A stretch of 64,000 nt of DNA from a virus (lineage: Duplodnaviria > Caudoviricetes). Below the pieces are notes generated by a model, which worked only from the letters and a program-made list of their open reading frames with translations, was not told where the DNA came from and did no database searches. Made by a program: the position numbers and the translations under genes. Shown in pieces: positions 1 through 10,947 of this stretch. The stretch lies in IMG/VR virus record IMGVR_UViG_3300033068_001847, positions 96,001-160,000 of that record. One strand, written 5' to 3'. Positions within the stretch are counted from its first letter, which is position 1, and each line of letters starts with the position of its first letter.

Positions 1-3000
1 ATAAATCTGATCCTTGGTTAATCCTTCTTTATTAACAATTGTACCTTCATAATATCCTAAAGCCATTGTAAACACAGACCATAATTTCTGTAAAGTATTT
101 CCTCTTGGTCTCTGACTTTTACCTTCAGTAGCATTATTTGTTGTTCCATAAAAAGACTCACCTAATGTCCAACCTTTATATTTAGGTTTAAGACCATGTG
201 AATTGTAGTATGGAAGTGATGCCCAAGTATTTGCTACTGTATCTAAATACTTTCTGAAATTATTTTCATTTACATTATTTAAATCTAATTTATATTTATT
301 AAACGACTCTCTGATATAATCAATTGCTCTTTTATCTTGATTAGTTGGATTAAACGGTTCATTCTTACCGCCCTTCAACCATGAAGATTGTAAAAATTGA
401 TATCTACCAGCAGCAGAAGGAAAATTATGTCCTAATTTATAATCTCTATTCCAAGGATTTATTAAAGTTCCACCATATAGTGTGTTATAACCATTATCTG
501 ATTTAATTAATAATACACCCTCAGCAAAAGCAATAACATCTAAAAATGCTTTCTCTTTATTTGTTAATACTGGATTAGTATTTCTTCCGATTAAATCAAT
601 ATCTTTTTTAGGTTTACCTGTATTTAATCCAGAATTATATACAGATCCACCATTTAAACCACTTGCACTACCAATATCTATGTTAGAAACAATTGTATAA
701 TTAGTTACATATGGTTTTGGTACTTTTGGTACTCTAACACCCTTAAATACTGAACTAATACTGTTAGGTGTTATTTTATGATTTACTTCCAGAATTAAAT
801 AAGTACCTTTAAACATTGCTACATTTTTTAAATCAAAGTACATGGTCGGTTGAATCATCATATTTCCCATCATACTGAAAGTAGCTGTATAACTTCTTTG
901 TTGATATGTATTAAATAAACTATTGGATGCGGTAGTTGATGAATTCTGATCACTGTTAGCAATTTTATCTAATAAAATAATACTTTCATTGGTTTCCTTG
1001 TATTCCAACTGATCTAATTCTAATCCATAAAAGAAACTTTGATTATGTGTACCAAAATCTACATTGAATGCTTGTACTGCATCCGTTTTTAAATCTACAA
1101 TTTTATCATAATCATCACTATCATTTTTATGACTATCTCCGTTAGAAATATTAATGTCTAACTGTGAAGATGTTCCTCCAATATACATACAAATGAATTT
1201 AGGTTTAGTCTTAGTATTTACATTATGATTTGTTCCAAATACAGTTTGTATATTACTATTACTCCATAAAAGACCGCTTTCATTATAATTTATATATGAA
1301 GGTAGAGCAAAAAATTCAAAATTATTTTTAGTTAATAAATTTAATAATAATGTATAAATACTAGTATCTGCACTAGTTTGAGTTGAATATAACGGTGAAA
1401 GATCTAACATTACATCTTCACCAATATTATTAAACGATCTATCGACCATCAAAAAGTTTTCCATAGAGAGCATATTATCAATCTCATCAGGGGTATTCAA
1501 CATCCATTTATCTACAAAACTTTTAAAATTATAATATAACTCAGTTTTAAGATCTGCATTATCAATTTTTGATTTAACTTCAGACTTTTGATTATTAATT
1601 TCTTTCTTAACAATATTTTTAGATACTAGTAGTTCAGACTTTAATACATTAAAATATTCATTATATAATGTAAAATCATCTCTAAAATCAGGATTATAAT
1701 TATTATTATAATTAAACATTCTATAATCACCTACACTCATATATTTTATTTCAGTGAATTCTATTACAAAATCTGTAGCAAAGAATTCATCAATTCTATT
1801 TCCTTTTTCTTTTTCAGCATTTTTTAATTTTAACATGAAAGTACCTGTAGGATCAGAATATAAGTTATTATATTTGTTTTTAAAATTAGTATAGTAACTT
1901 ATGAATTGAGTTTTTATAAAATCAGGTATTTTTTGCCACTTAGTTACATTAGTTTTATATACTGGATATTTCTGAGTTATTACATTTAAATTTGATAATA
2001 TGAATCCCCAAGCTATTAAAACAAAATGTGGAATTTCATGGATTGCAGAAGTCCTTTTGAAATTAGGTATATCAAAAGGTGGTATTATGTGATTATCTAT
2101 TTGTAGTAGATTATCAATAAACATCTTCTCCATTAAGTTATCAAATGATGTTGCAGAACTCAATCCTGTTGTTTCTTTGAAATAGAATACTTCACCACTA
2201 ACAAATTCACTCTTATTAACAAATCCACCTTTCATTTTTTGATCAATGAAAAACGGTACATTATATTGTGATAAATAACCATTATCCTTATTTAATTTCT
2301 TTAAAGTATCATTATATTTTACAATATATTCATTATAATTACCAACTGGTGTACTAACCAACTCTGTTGATTCTTTTAATACTGGTGTACCTAAATATGC
2401 ATCAAAATCAGAACTATTTCTTATTTTAAATAAAGTATCACTATTATATTTATAATCAATTGAATCTCTGGATACTTGTTTTAAATTATCAAGTATTGGT
2501 ATTGAATTAAACTTAAAATCTGGACTATTAATCTGCTGTATAAAGGCATCTAATAACTTTTCCTTACCTTGAAGCACTGTTAATATATTCATTGCTTCCA
2601 GTTTAGCATGTGCGTTAACAAGTATCTTACCGTTCCTACCAGCTAATGAATCAAAATTATTTGTAATATTCAATAATATAAGACCACGATATATTATTTT
2701 ATATAATATATTATCTTTTGTGGCATCTAAATATTCATTTGGTACATCTAATATACTATCAAAAGGATTAATTGGTACGAATGTATATTCTTCATTAGTA
2801 TTTGGCTCAAAATTAATATCACTACTTGCTTTATTTAAAGCACTAACTTTCATTTTAGCGTTAATATAATTATTTACAAATACAACCTCAGCCCAAGTAG
2901 GATCTTTTGGTATTGATTTAACTTTTTTATTATTACTGTCTAATACGTAATAATCAGGAAAAGCATATTTAGGTTCTTCACCATGACTTGTATCGTTATT

Positions 3001-4233
3001 ACCATCACGTTCTTTCTCTGCATTAATTACAACACTTTTAAGTTCAGTAAAGAACCTTTTAGCATCATTAACAATAATACTTAATATATTTGCAAGTGTT
3101 GGACCGCCTTTAAGTTCACTATAAACTAATTTAGTTACATTTTCATCTATTTGTTTTTGACGTTGATAAATAATTACATCATTCTTATCAATAACTTGAC
3201 GAATATTTTTATCTACATTAGTTAAATCTATAGAAAAAACTTTAACATATTGATCATTTGTGAATTCAATTACTGGTAAATTTTCATATGCTGGAATATC
3301 CTTAATTATTTTAACAGCTATATTATTTTCTTTGAAGAATGTTTTTTTATCACTGATCGCAGATAGTAAATTTTCATAAACTGTTTGGTTTGGGTAATGC
3401 TCTGTAGCTAATACTTTATACTTGTAACTTACATGTATTATATTACTATTATTTTTATCCCTATTTACATAGATCAAATTATTTTGTCCTGTTGTAATAT
3501 CAGCAACATTTTTAATATCACTTATAAACCTCTCTTGGTAATTATTGCAGACTTCTAGTAGCTGACTATTTTTAAATGTTATATCATTTAAAAATTTACT
3601 ATCCTCTGCCGTTGCTGTTTTAATAATTGTTGATAATTGATTTGATTTATTTTTAAGCTCCCAAAATGTATTTGTTGCACTATCATTTAATAAAGTATTT
3701 TCATTTAAATACGGTGCAACTTCTAAATAATCCACATATAAATCTGCTAGTGGTGCAAACGTCATACCTACAAAACTAGCACTGATCTCAAAACTATTAT
3801 TATTAACAAATTTGGTTGATTGTTTTACTAAATGTAATCTATATGTAACTGATTGTCCATAATACCCCTTTAATGTTAAATCAAAAATAGGTGGTGGCAT
3901 ATCAAATATCACTTGATATTTTGAATCATGAAAATTATTAAATAAAGCTTGTCCCCTAACATCTTCGAAAATAATATCTACTTGAGGTACGTAAGAAGAT
4001 GTTATTTTAAAATCAATACTTTTAATACCGAAATTCTCTTTATTATCAGTCCAATCAGTAGTAAATTCTCCATTACTATTTGCTCCAATAAAATTAATGA
4101 TCAGAGGTTTATCGTTATTTAATTTACCTAACCTATTTCTTTTGGTTACTTTAAGTTCGGCATAAAAACTAAGATCATCTAACTTAACACTCTCACCATT
4201 ACTAAAAACACTATGTGGATCAATATTTCCCAT
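1..4233 (-). CDS. Large baseplate hub / tail-associated protein with C-proximal lambda-type (GH104) muramidase domain; runs off the window edge
   Basis: Absent from the ORF track, consistent with its stop lying outside the window. ATG at 4233 (MGNIDPHSVF...). In-frame motifs KAFLDVIAFAEG (~555-520) and PSAAGRYQFL (420-391) are typical of phage-lambda-like lysozymes. Lies downstream of tape measure and baseplate genes. I did not check every codon by hand. Confidence 0.8.
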   Translation of the reverse strand, partial: MGNIDPHSVFSNGESVKLDDLSFYAELKVTKRNRLGKLNNDKPLIINFIGANSNGEFTTDWTDNKENFGIKSIDFKITSSYVPQVDIIFEDVRGQALFNNFHDSKYQVIFDMPPPIFDLTLKGYYGQSVTYRLHLVKQSTKFVNNNSFEISASFVGMTFAPLADLYVDYLEVAPYLNENTLLNDSATNTFWELKNKSNQLSTIIKTATAEDSKFLNDITFKNSQLLEVCNNYQERFISDIKNVADITTGQNNLIYVNRDKNNSNIIHVSYKYKVLATEHYPNQTVYENLLSAISDKKTFFKENNIAVKIIKDIPAYENLPVIEFTNDQYVKVFSIDLTNVDKNIRQVIDKNDVIIYQRQKQIDENVTKLVYSELKGGPTLANILSIIVNDAKRFFTELKSVVINAEKERDGNNDTSHGEEPKYAFPDYYVLDSNNKKVKSIPKDPTWAEVVFVNNYINAKMKVSALNKASSDINFEPNTNEEYTFVPINPFDSILDVPNEYLDATKDNILYKIIYRGLILLNITNNFDSLAGRNGKILVNAHAKLEAMNILTVLQGKEKLLDAFIQQINSPDFKFNSIPILDNLKQVSRDSIDYKYNSDTLFKIRNSSDFDAYLGTPVLKESTELVSTPVGNYNEYIVKYNDTLKKLNKDNGYLSQYNVPFFIDQKMKGGFVNKSEFVSGEVFYFKETTGLSSATSFDNLMEKMFIDNLLQIDNHIIPPFDIPNFKRTSAIHEIPHFVLIAWGFILSNLNVITQKYPVYKTNVTKWQKIPDFIKTQFISYYTNFKNKYNNLYSDPTGTFMLKLKNAEKEKGNRIDEFFATDFVIEFTEIKYMSVGDYRMFNYNNNYNPDFRDDFTLYNEYFNVLKSELLVSKNIVKKEINNQKSEVKSKIDNADLKTELYYNFKSFVDKWMLNTPDEIDNMLSMENFLMVDRSFNNIGEDVMLDLSPLYSTQTSADTSIYTLLLNLLTKNNFEFFALPSYINYNESGLLWSNSNIQTVFGTNHNVNTKTKPKFICMYIGGTSSQLDINISNGDSHKNDSDDYDKIVDLKTDAVQAFNVDFGTHNQSFFYGLELDQLEYKETNESIILLDKIANSDQNSSTTASNSLFNTYQQRSYTATFSMMGNMMIQPTMYFDLKNVAMFKGTYLILEVNHKITPNSISSVFKGVRVPKVPKPYVTNYTIVSNIDIGSASGLNGGSVYNSGLNTGKPKKDIDLIGRNTNPVLTNKEKAFLDVIAFAEGVLLIKSDNGYNTLYGGTLINPWNRDYKLGHNFPSAAGRYQFLQSSWLKGGKNEPFNPTNQDKRAIDYIRESFNKYKLDLNNVNENNFRKYLDTVANTWASLPYYNSHGLKPKYKGWTLGESFYGTTNNATEGKSQRPRGNTLQKLWSVFTMALGYYEGTIVNKEGLTKDQIY

Positions 4234-4235
4234 TA

Positions 4236-4553
4236 TTAATTATTTTTTGAATAGTTTTGAGATTTATCTAAATATTCATTTATTGTTTCAGTTAATGGAT
4301 AAGGTATTCTAATGATAGTATTATTTGGTATATCATTTTCCATAATATATTGAGGGTTTGCTAAAAGAATTAACCATCCGTATGTTGGATTAGAATAAAA
4401 ATCATAACTTAATTTATCCATTCTATCCTCATTAGTTTTCCATACTACTTTCTTATCGCTACCTTTAGAATCTAACTTTATGAATGGAACAGTACTTTGT
4501 TCTCCGTTTAAACTAAACGGTTTGTATCGAGAAAAAGATAAGTTATTAATCAT
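4236..4553 (-). CDS. Baseplate wedge / LysM-like tail protein (gp53-like)
   Basis: RMDKLSYDFY...GWLILLANP...IIRIP motif; baseplate context. Confidence 0.65.
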   Translation of the reverse strand: MINNLSFSRYKPFSLNGEQSTVPFIKLDSKGSDKKVVWKTNEDRMDKLSYDFYSNPTYGWLILLANPQYIMENDIPNNTIIRIPYPLTETINEYLDKSQNYSKNN

Positions 4554-4568
4554 TTATTTTAAATCTTA

Positions 4569-6986
4569 TTATATTTTATTGTAGACTTCAGTATTAGCAT
4601 AGAAATTATAATCTAATGCTGTTTGAAGTTTATTAACTGGACCACTAAGGCTACTACCACCTATTATGTTACAAGACATGTTCACTCTACATAACATCGG
4701 TTGCATACCTATACCTTCTGGATTCATATCCCATAATAGTGGTTCGTAATCAAAAGATATATTATTAATAATTATTTTAGTGTTAAAAAAATCACCTATT
4801 CTCAATACACAAACAGGTGGTCTACCAAATATTCCGTTTGAAACTGTACTACCTGAGAGTACAGTGCCTTGCTTTAAACACTGCTGTAAAAAAGTCACTC
4901 TAGTATTTAAATCCTCTGGAGTTTGGGAATGGAATACAGGGTGAAAATATTTAATATTATCACTATATGTTTTAAGTAAATTATCAGTTAACTCATCATT
5001 AGCTGTTGCTAATAATACATCTTCGTTTTGATTATATCTTTCGAAATAAAACTCATCAGAAGGATTAATAACTACTTCAGGTATTACTATTGGATCTTCA
5101 AATAAAGAACGTTGTTGATTTTTAATATCGGTTATAGTTGTATTCAATTTAGGATTTGCTTTAAGATATACATAACTTCTTCTATCCACAACATCTTCAT
5201 TTACTGTATTAACAGTAGAATTTTGATTTTTAGCTCTTTCCTCTCCGTAGAAATTAATAGTGAACTTATCATTTTTATATTGATCTAATGTAGGTTGTAC
5301 TCCATCAGAAAATACTTTATCATATGATCTCAATTTATAATTATCAATATTCGTTAAATTTGATTCAATTCTATTATATAAACTCTTACCTCTAAAAAAT
5401 GATAATAATTTATTATATTTTGCATTATCAAGTTTACTTGTGAATGTATCTATTACCACTTGATATTTCTTACCTTCTTCTGTATTTAAGAAAGCAATAA
5501 GATCATTAATACGGGCATTGAAATCATTAATAGCTTTTTGACCAGTACCAACATTATTATCTTGTGTTAACGTAGTCTTTAAAGTATAATCATTATTATC
5601 ATAATAATACTTCAATGCTTGATTAAGAGCAAAGGGGTTATTACCTGATGATAATGGTTTTGGTTTTTCAACTGGTCTTTCCTCTACCTTCTTAACATCT
5701 ATTTTACTTTTCTCCGTTGTTGATAAATTTTTAGTTAAAATATTATCTTGTTTAAAGAATTTATTATGTTCGTTGTTACTCTTATTTTTCCAACTAAATT
5801 TATTTAATTCAGAAGGGTAATCAGCAATTAGAACAAAACTAATTACACATTGACGTTCAGAACCATTATATGTATATATCGGTTCACTTCTACCAATGAA
5901 AGTTACTTTATCCCATCCTGCACTACTATTCTCACTTATTTGAAGATCATATGGTGCAAACCACATAACTCTTCCACCATTTGCTCCATGTTCTGAAGGT
6001 TTGATATCAATCTTAGCATCTTTGTAGGCTAAATTCTCAATTGAGAACATTAAATTTTTAACATCAGTTTCATTAATTGGTGCAATATTTGGGAATACAG
6101 TTTGTAATACTGAATTAGTTCCAGCATAACCATGATTATATTTCATTAAATCAGATGTTGAACCATACTTATTTTGTTTAGTAAATACTCGTAAGAATTT
6201 ACTTCCACTGTCATCAGTAGTAGTTCCACCACCTTTAGGAATTAACTTCATTTCACCATCATCACCAATATGTTTGAAAATCTTTGCAGTTGGATTGAGT
6301 TTATCCCCCGGATATTGAATAGATGGATCTGCTGGAATACCATCAGATAAACTATTTTGATTTAATAACTCATTAGTTTTAAATAATAAAGATTCTTCAA
6401 TTTGACCTTTCTTGATGCTTGCAGCATCCATATCATCTTTACCGTATTGACTATCTAATTGATCTCTATATTGATTTCTATTGATATTTTTTTGATATTC
6501 ATCTTGATATCCTTCACCTCTATTCTTTTTTAACCAATTATTACTATCTTCGTGACTGAAGTTTGAACCAATGAATGGTACGGGATTCACATCCCGTTGA
6601 TAACCTAACATAACTTGAACTAGATCAGAAAATGATTGTTTTTCTTTTCCTGATATATTCCAGTAGTTAGCTGGTTTGTTGATGTTAAAATCAATTATAT
6701 TTGATTGAGTAACACTTGGTAGTAGATTTGTACGTAGGTTTTGACCTACTCTTACAGCTAAAGCTTTAGCTAATTCTCTGTTAGCTACTTGTTGGATTGG
6801 AGTATTAGGTAATAATACTCTACTTAGTAGTGTATTTGAGAAATCAAAAGAATTGTTTGTAGCTAAACTACCAATAGTTGAAATAGTATTATTTAACCTA
6901 TTATTATCCAAACTGTATACATTCTTAGGATTGTATAGATTTAAAGATTCTAATATATTTAAATATGGTTGAGATGGTATAGGCAT
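4569..6986 (-). CDS. Baseplate / tail-tube-initiator-like structural protein
   Basis: 805 aa; FIGRSEPIYTY and GRPPVCVLRIGDFFNTKIII motifs of tube-fold baseplate proteins; late motif at 7005-7012. Confidence 0.55.
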   Translation of the reverse strand: MPIPSQPYLNILESLNLYNPKNVYSLDNNRLNNTISTIGSLATNNSFDFSNTLLSRVLLPNTPIQQVANRELAKALAVRVGQNLRTNLLPSVTQSNIIDFNINKPANYWNISGKEKQSFSDLVQVMLGYQRDVNPVPFIGSNFSHEDSNNWLKKNRGEGYQDEYQKNINRNQYRDQLDSQYGKDDMDAASIKKGQIEESLLFKTNELLNQNSLSDGIPADPSIQYPGDKLNPTAKIFKHIGDDGEMKLIPKGGGTTTDDSGSKFLRVFTKQNKYGSTSDLMKYNHGYAGTNSVLQTVFPNIAPINETDVKNLMFSIENLAYKDAKIDIKPSEHGANGGRVMWFAPYDLQISENSSAGWDKVTFIGRSEPIYTYNGSERQCVISFVLIADYPSELNKFSWKNKSNNEHNKFFKQDNILTKNLSTTEKSKIDVKKVEERPVEKPKPLSSGNNPFALNQALKYYYDNNDYTLKTTLTQDNNVGTGQKAINDFNARINDLIAFLNTEEGKKYQVVIDTFTSKLDNAKYNKLLSFFRGKSLYNRIESNLTNIDNYKLRSYDKVFSDGVQPTLDQYKNDKFTINFYGEERAKNQNSTVNTVNEDVVDRRSYVYLKANPKLNTTITDIKNQQRSLFEDPIVIPEVVINPSDEFYFERYNQNEDVLLATANDELTDNLLKTYSDNIKYFHPVFHSQTPEDLNTRVTFLQQCLKQGTVLSGSTVSNGIFGRPPVCVLRIGDFFNTKIIINNISFDYEPLLWDMNPEGIGMQPMLCRVNMSCNIIGGSSLSGPVNKLQTALDYNFYANTEVYNKI

Positions 6987-7258
6987 TTAATAATATTTTA
7001 TACCTATAAATACAATTGAGATAATTTTTCAATTACTTTACATTAAATGAAAAAAAATAAAATTATTTTACTTTTAGACTTGACAAATAGTAATTACTAC
7101 CCTATCTTTATATTATATATATATTTAGGTAAATACTGTTAAGTTATCTCTTAAGAGATTTTAAATCTTGTATTTATTAATTTCAACTAAATATTAATTT
7201 AATTAATTCAATTTAATATCAACTTAATAACAATTTAATTCTTAGTGGAAGTCTGATC

Positions 7259-9763
7259 TTATGAAGCTGAACCTTTTCTAGCTCGTTCAATATGTAATGG
7301 TACTTGTTTACTCAACATTGAACTGACTTTTTGTCCATCTAGGTTAGCTGTAACATCAACCTGTAAGTTAATTTTTTCATCCTTGAATTTAACTTCAATT
7401 GCATCACCGAATATACTATTCAATGAATTCAATGCTGTTACCAGCGTACCAATACCTGATAATGATTCTGAAACAGCAATCAACTTATCTAATTTTTTAT
7501 CATTAATTTTCTCAATTGCGGAAGCTATATTATTAAATTGGGTTGCTGCTACTGTTAAACTATCAAAGTTAGCTCCACGTATCTTTTCACTGATATCACC
7601 AATTGAACCACTTAATTTATTTAATCCAATCCAAGCTAGTGGATTTGCAAATAATAAAGAAGTTGTACCTAGTCCAGCCATTGATAACATCAATGAATTC
7701 ATTCCCATGATCAATTTAGGATCAGTAACTTTTGATAAACTATCAAACATATCACCAAATCCCTGTGCCATGAAACCTATACCTGCTGCTGCAATACCAA
7801 CACCAGCACCAATTAATCCTATACCAGCACCAAATGCTACTAATGGACCTGCTGCAATTGGTCCAAGGGTTGCCATCACTAGAGCTAAACCACCTAACGT
7901 TACACCTAATATTGCTAATGAAACGTTTATACCAATAAGTTGATCACTATTCAATCCTTTAAAAGCTTCAGCCATTGCTGAAATACCTTTAGTTGCTAAC
8001 CAAATACCACCACCAACCATAACAACAGCAGCACCATAAGCTAATATATTCTTCCAAGCTCCACCTGCTGCTTTTCCATTTTCAGCAGCTTCAGTAGCGA
8101 ACGTAGTTGATTTACCAGTAAATCTACCAGCAGCATCTCTAGCTGGTCCAGAAGATCTACCTTTAGTAGTACCAAATAATTTTCCTGATAATAATCCCGG
8201 AGCTAATGTTTTAAGTACACCAAATATTGGAGATAATGTACCAATTAAAGCACTTGCAGCCATTAATCCAAGACCTAATTTAAATGCTCCTTTACCAAAT
8301 TCTGATTGAACAATACCATTGATTGATTTAAGTAATGGTAGAAATAAAGTTTTCATTTCGTTGATAGTATTTTTAAGTACTTCATCAAACGCCTGAGCAT
8401 CTTTAGCCCTTTCTTCCAATGATTTATTAGATTCCATCAGAGCTTTTACTTGTCCTAATGATAATTGCCTGATATCTCTAAATTCATTCGGTGATATCTG
8501 TACTTTGAAATTACCATCCTTCTGTATTTGAGCAACACCCTCAATGAATTCTTTTTCTTCTTTACCTAATTTTCCACCAAGTAAACCACCGATAGCATTT
8601 ACTTTAGCTCCTTGTTTAGCTTGTTTGATTAAATCCTCAAAGGACATACCTGTTGCATCAGCAGCAAGTCTTAATCTATTTAAATCACCAGCTTGTATTT
8701 CAAATTCACCAGTAGTTTTATTAAAATTAGCCATACCCTTGGTAAGACTTTGCATAGTCTTAGTAAATCCTTCTGCATCGTTTCTAGCTTGATATAAGAG
8801 ACTAAAAGGATCTGTCTGAGCAAACTTACCACCTATAACTTGGAGTTGAGCAGCCATGTCCACAGCACCCTCTAAAGAGTTAGCTTTATCCATAGCATTG
8901 AACACACTAGTCATATCAACTTTAAACTTCGTTGCAAACATAGACATCTTCTTTAATCCTTCAATACCACCTTTAAAAACGTATTGTTGAGATCTATCAA
9001 AATTGTCGTTTAATGCATCAATTACTTTAGTAGCTGATACTCCGAATTTAACAGAAGATTTAACAGCATCTTCATAAAAATCTTTAACTTGAGTTACTGA
9101 TTTACCGATAAGGTCAAACTTACCAACCATTTTACCTGCAATATCAGTACCCATTTTAGTACCTTTACCAATTGCTATAATATTTTTAAGATTTTCTTTG
9201 GATAATAGAACACTATTACCCATTTCATCCGTATATGATGTTTGTATTTTACCTAAATCTTCAAAAGAAACACCCATGCTCATAGCATAGCTAGAAGCTT
9301 CCATTAAATTACTGGTCATTAATTTAGCTCGATCACCAGTTAATCCTAATGTTTGATTTACATTTTTAAATGATTTATCTGCTTCAGCTAGAAAATTAAT
9401 AATATTCGGTAAGAATCCAGCAAAAGTTGCCATTGACAACTTAGTAAATTCCTTATATGACATAACTAGGATACTTGCATTTTTAATCTCCTGTCTTTGT
9501 GCCTGAAGTAATCTATTTTTTAAATCTAATTGGCGTTTGAATTCTTTATAGATTTTGTCATTTTGTGACATACCGTTTGTGACAAGTAAAGACATAGCTT
9601 TCTCAATCTCAAAGATTTCTTCCTCAGCATTCTTTAAATTACGTTTAGCATTCAGGTAACCAGTAAATTCATTGTTAATACTTCGATTAATCTCAAGTAT
9701 TTGTTTTTGTATTTCAAGTTCTTCCTGTACACTTCTTAATATATCACTACTTTTTTTAGCCAT
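7259..9763 (-). CDS. Tape measure protein
   Basis: 834 aa, helical Ala/Gly-rich with hydrophobic C-terminal segments; sits between tube/chaperone and baseplate genes. Confidence 0.8.
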   Translation of the reverse strand: MAKKSSDILRSVQEELEIQKQILEINRSINNEFTGYLNAKRNLKNAEEEIFEIEKAMSLLVTNGMSQNDKIYKEFKRQLDLKNRLLQAQRQEIKNASILVMSYKEFTKLSMATFAGFLPNIINFLAEADKSFKNVNQTLGLTGDRAKLMTSNLMEASSYAMSMGVSFEDLGKIQTSYTDEMGNSVLLSKENLKNIIAIGKGTKMGTDIAGKMVGKFDLIGKSVTQVKDFYEDAVKSSVKFGVSATKVIDALNDNFDRSQQYVFKGGIEGLKKMSMFATKFKVDMTSVFNAMDKANSLEGAVDMAAQLQVIGGKFAQTDPFSLLYQARNDAEGFTKTMQSLTKGMANFNKTTGEFEIQAGDLNRLRLAADATGMSFEDLIKQAKQGAKVNAIGGLLGGKLGKEEKEFIEGVAQIQKDGNFKVQISPNEFRDIRQLSLGQVKALMESNKSLEERAKDAQAFDEVLKNTINEMKTLFLPLLKSINGIVQSEFGKGAFKLGLGLMAASALIGTLSPIFGVLKTLAPGLLSGKLFGTTKGRSSGPARDAAGRFTGKSTTFATEAAENGKAAGGAWKNILAYGAAVVMVGGGIWLATKGISAMAEAFKGLNSDQLIGINVSLAILGVTLGGLALVMATLGPIAAGPLVAFGAGIGLIGAGVGIAAAGIGFMAQGFGDMFDSLSKVTDPKLIMGMNSLMLSMAGLGTTSLLFANPLAWIGLNKLSGSIGDISEKIRGANFDSLTVAATQFNNIASAIEKINDKKLDKLIAVSESLSGIGTLVTALNSLNSIFGDAIEVKFKDEKINLQVDVTANLDGQKVSSMLSKQVPLHIERARKGSAS

Positions 9764-9770
9764 TGATTAA

Positions 9771-10934
9771 TTAATTATCTAATCCTAATAAGTCAATTAA
9801 TTCATCCATTGATGCACAACTTTCAAAATCTGAGAAATTGCTTACCTCAACGCTTGATGTGGCTTCTATATTTAGAACCTCAAAAATTAAGTGTATTTTT
9901 TCAATATTCTGTGTATCATAAACAACATCGTATTTATAACCTCTCTCAAGTTCAGCAGGTACTTTACCTTTTAAGAATACAAATGAGTTATTCTTATCTT
10001 TTTTATTTACAAATTGATAGTTTTTTGTTAACTCCTTAAATACAAAAGTGCTTGAGTAAATATTATTTTGATTATTATAATATGATCCAGCAACGTTGTA
10101 TAACTTGTAAGTAATTTTTACTTCAGCACCTCTATGTAAAGAAGATAAATTTAAATTATTAACTGAACTAATAGATTTATCTTTTCTTCCTTTATCTGGA
10201 ATAAAATTAATGTTACCTAATCTATCTTTGATATTAGTATATGAACTTAATAATTCTGTACAACTAGATTTTAATTTCTTATATAATGAATAAATTAATC
10301 CAGCTTCACTAGTAGGATCATCAGGTAAACTCAAATCATCATTATCCATTGCAGCTTTATATTTCATAACTTCAGGATCTTCTCCATTATTCTGAAAAAT
10401 TGAAATAACTTCATCATCAATGATATATGGAACTTTATCAATAGTAACTGTATTATTATTTTTTAAGCTATTTGTTTTTTGTAATGATGTACTTTGTATT
10501 TTGTTAGGAGCTAAATTATTACTTTTTTGTTGATTAACAGAAGGTGTTTGTTGTGGTGAAACACTAGCTGATGAACTAGTAACATCTGTAAATAAATCAA
10601 GTAATTCATCAAAAGCAGCCCTATATGCAGGTTCTTTAGTTTTATTTAATTTAATACGTAATCCTTTTGCAAAATTATAAACACGTCCAGAAGGTGAACT
10701 ATTTTCATATTCACTTTCCCAACTACCATTACCAATAAGTGCAAAAACGTCCTTAACACCGGGATCGTTTCTATTTGTAAGAATATTAAAATCATCAGGT
10801 TTAATAATATATTTACCCTCAATTTTAAAATTCTTATAATAATCTACTAGTTTTTGTAAATTCGGATATTTTGATAAATCAATCGAATTGTTTAAAACAC
10901 TTTCAAATAATATAGATAATTTCAACTTATTCAT
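9771..10934 (-). CDS. Hypothetical late protein
   Basis: 387-aa ORF; TATTTATA motif immediately upstream (10939-10946). Confidence 0.6.
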   Translation of the reverse strand: MNKLKLSILFESVLNNSIDLSKYPNLQKLVDYYKNFKIEGKYIIKPDDFNILTNRNDPGVKDVFALIGNGSWESEYENSSPSGRVYNFAKGLRIKLNKTKEPAYRAAFDELLDLFTDVTSSSASVSPQQTPSVNQQKSNNLAPNKIQSTSLQKTNSLKNNNTVTIDKVPYIIDDEVISIFQNNGEDPEVMKYKAAMDNDDLSLPDDPTSEAGLIYSLYKKLKSSCTELLSSYTNIKDRLGNINFIPDKGRKDKSISSVNNLNLSSLHRGAEVKITYKLYNVAGSYYNNQNNIYSSTFVFKELTKNYQFVNKKDKNNSFVFLKGKVPAELERGYKYDVVYDTQNIEKIHLIFEVLNIEATSSVEVSNFSDFESCASMDELIDLLGLDN

Positions 10935-10947
10935 TATCTATAAATAC

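Noticed and set aside
7383-8792. Plus-strand ORFs inside the tape measure gene, and similar antisense ORFs within the sheath, scaffold, portal, thyA and nadE genes
   Set aside because: They are fully nested opposite well-supported genes and have no recognisable motifs.
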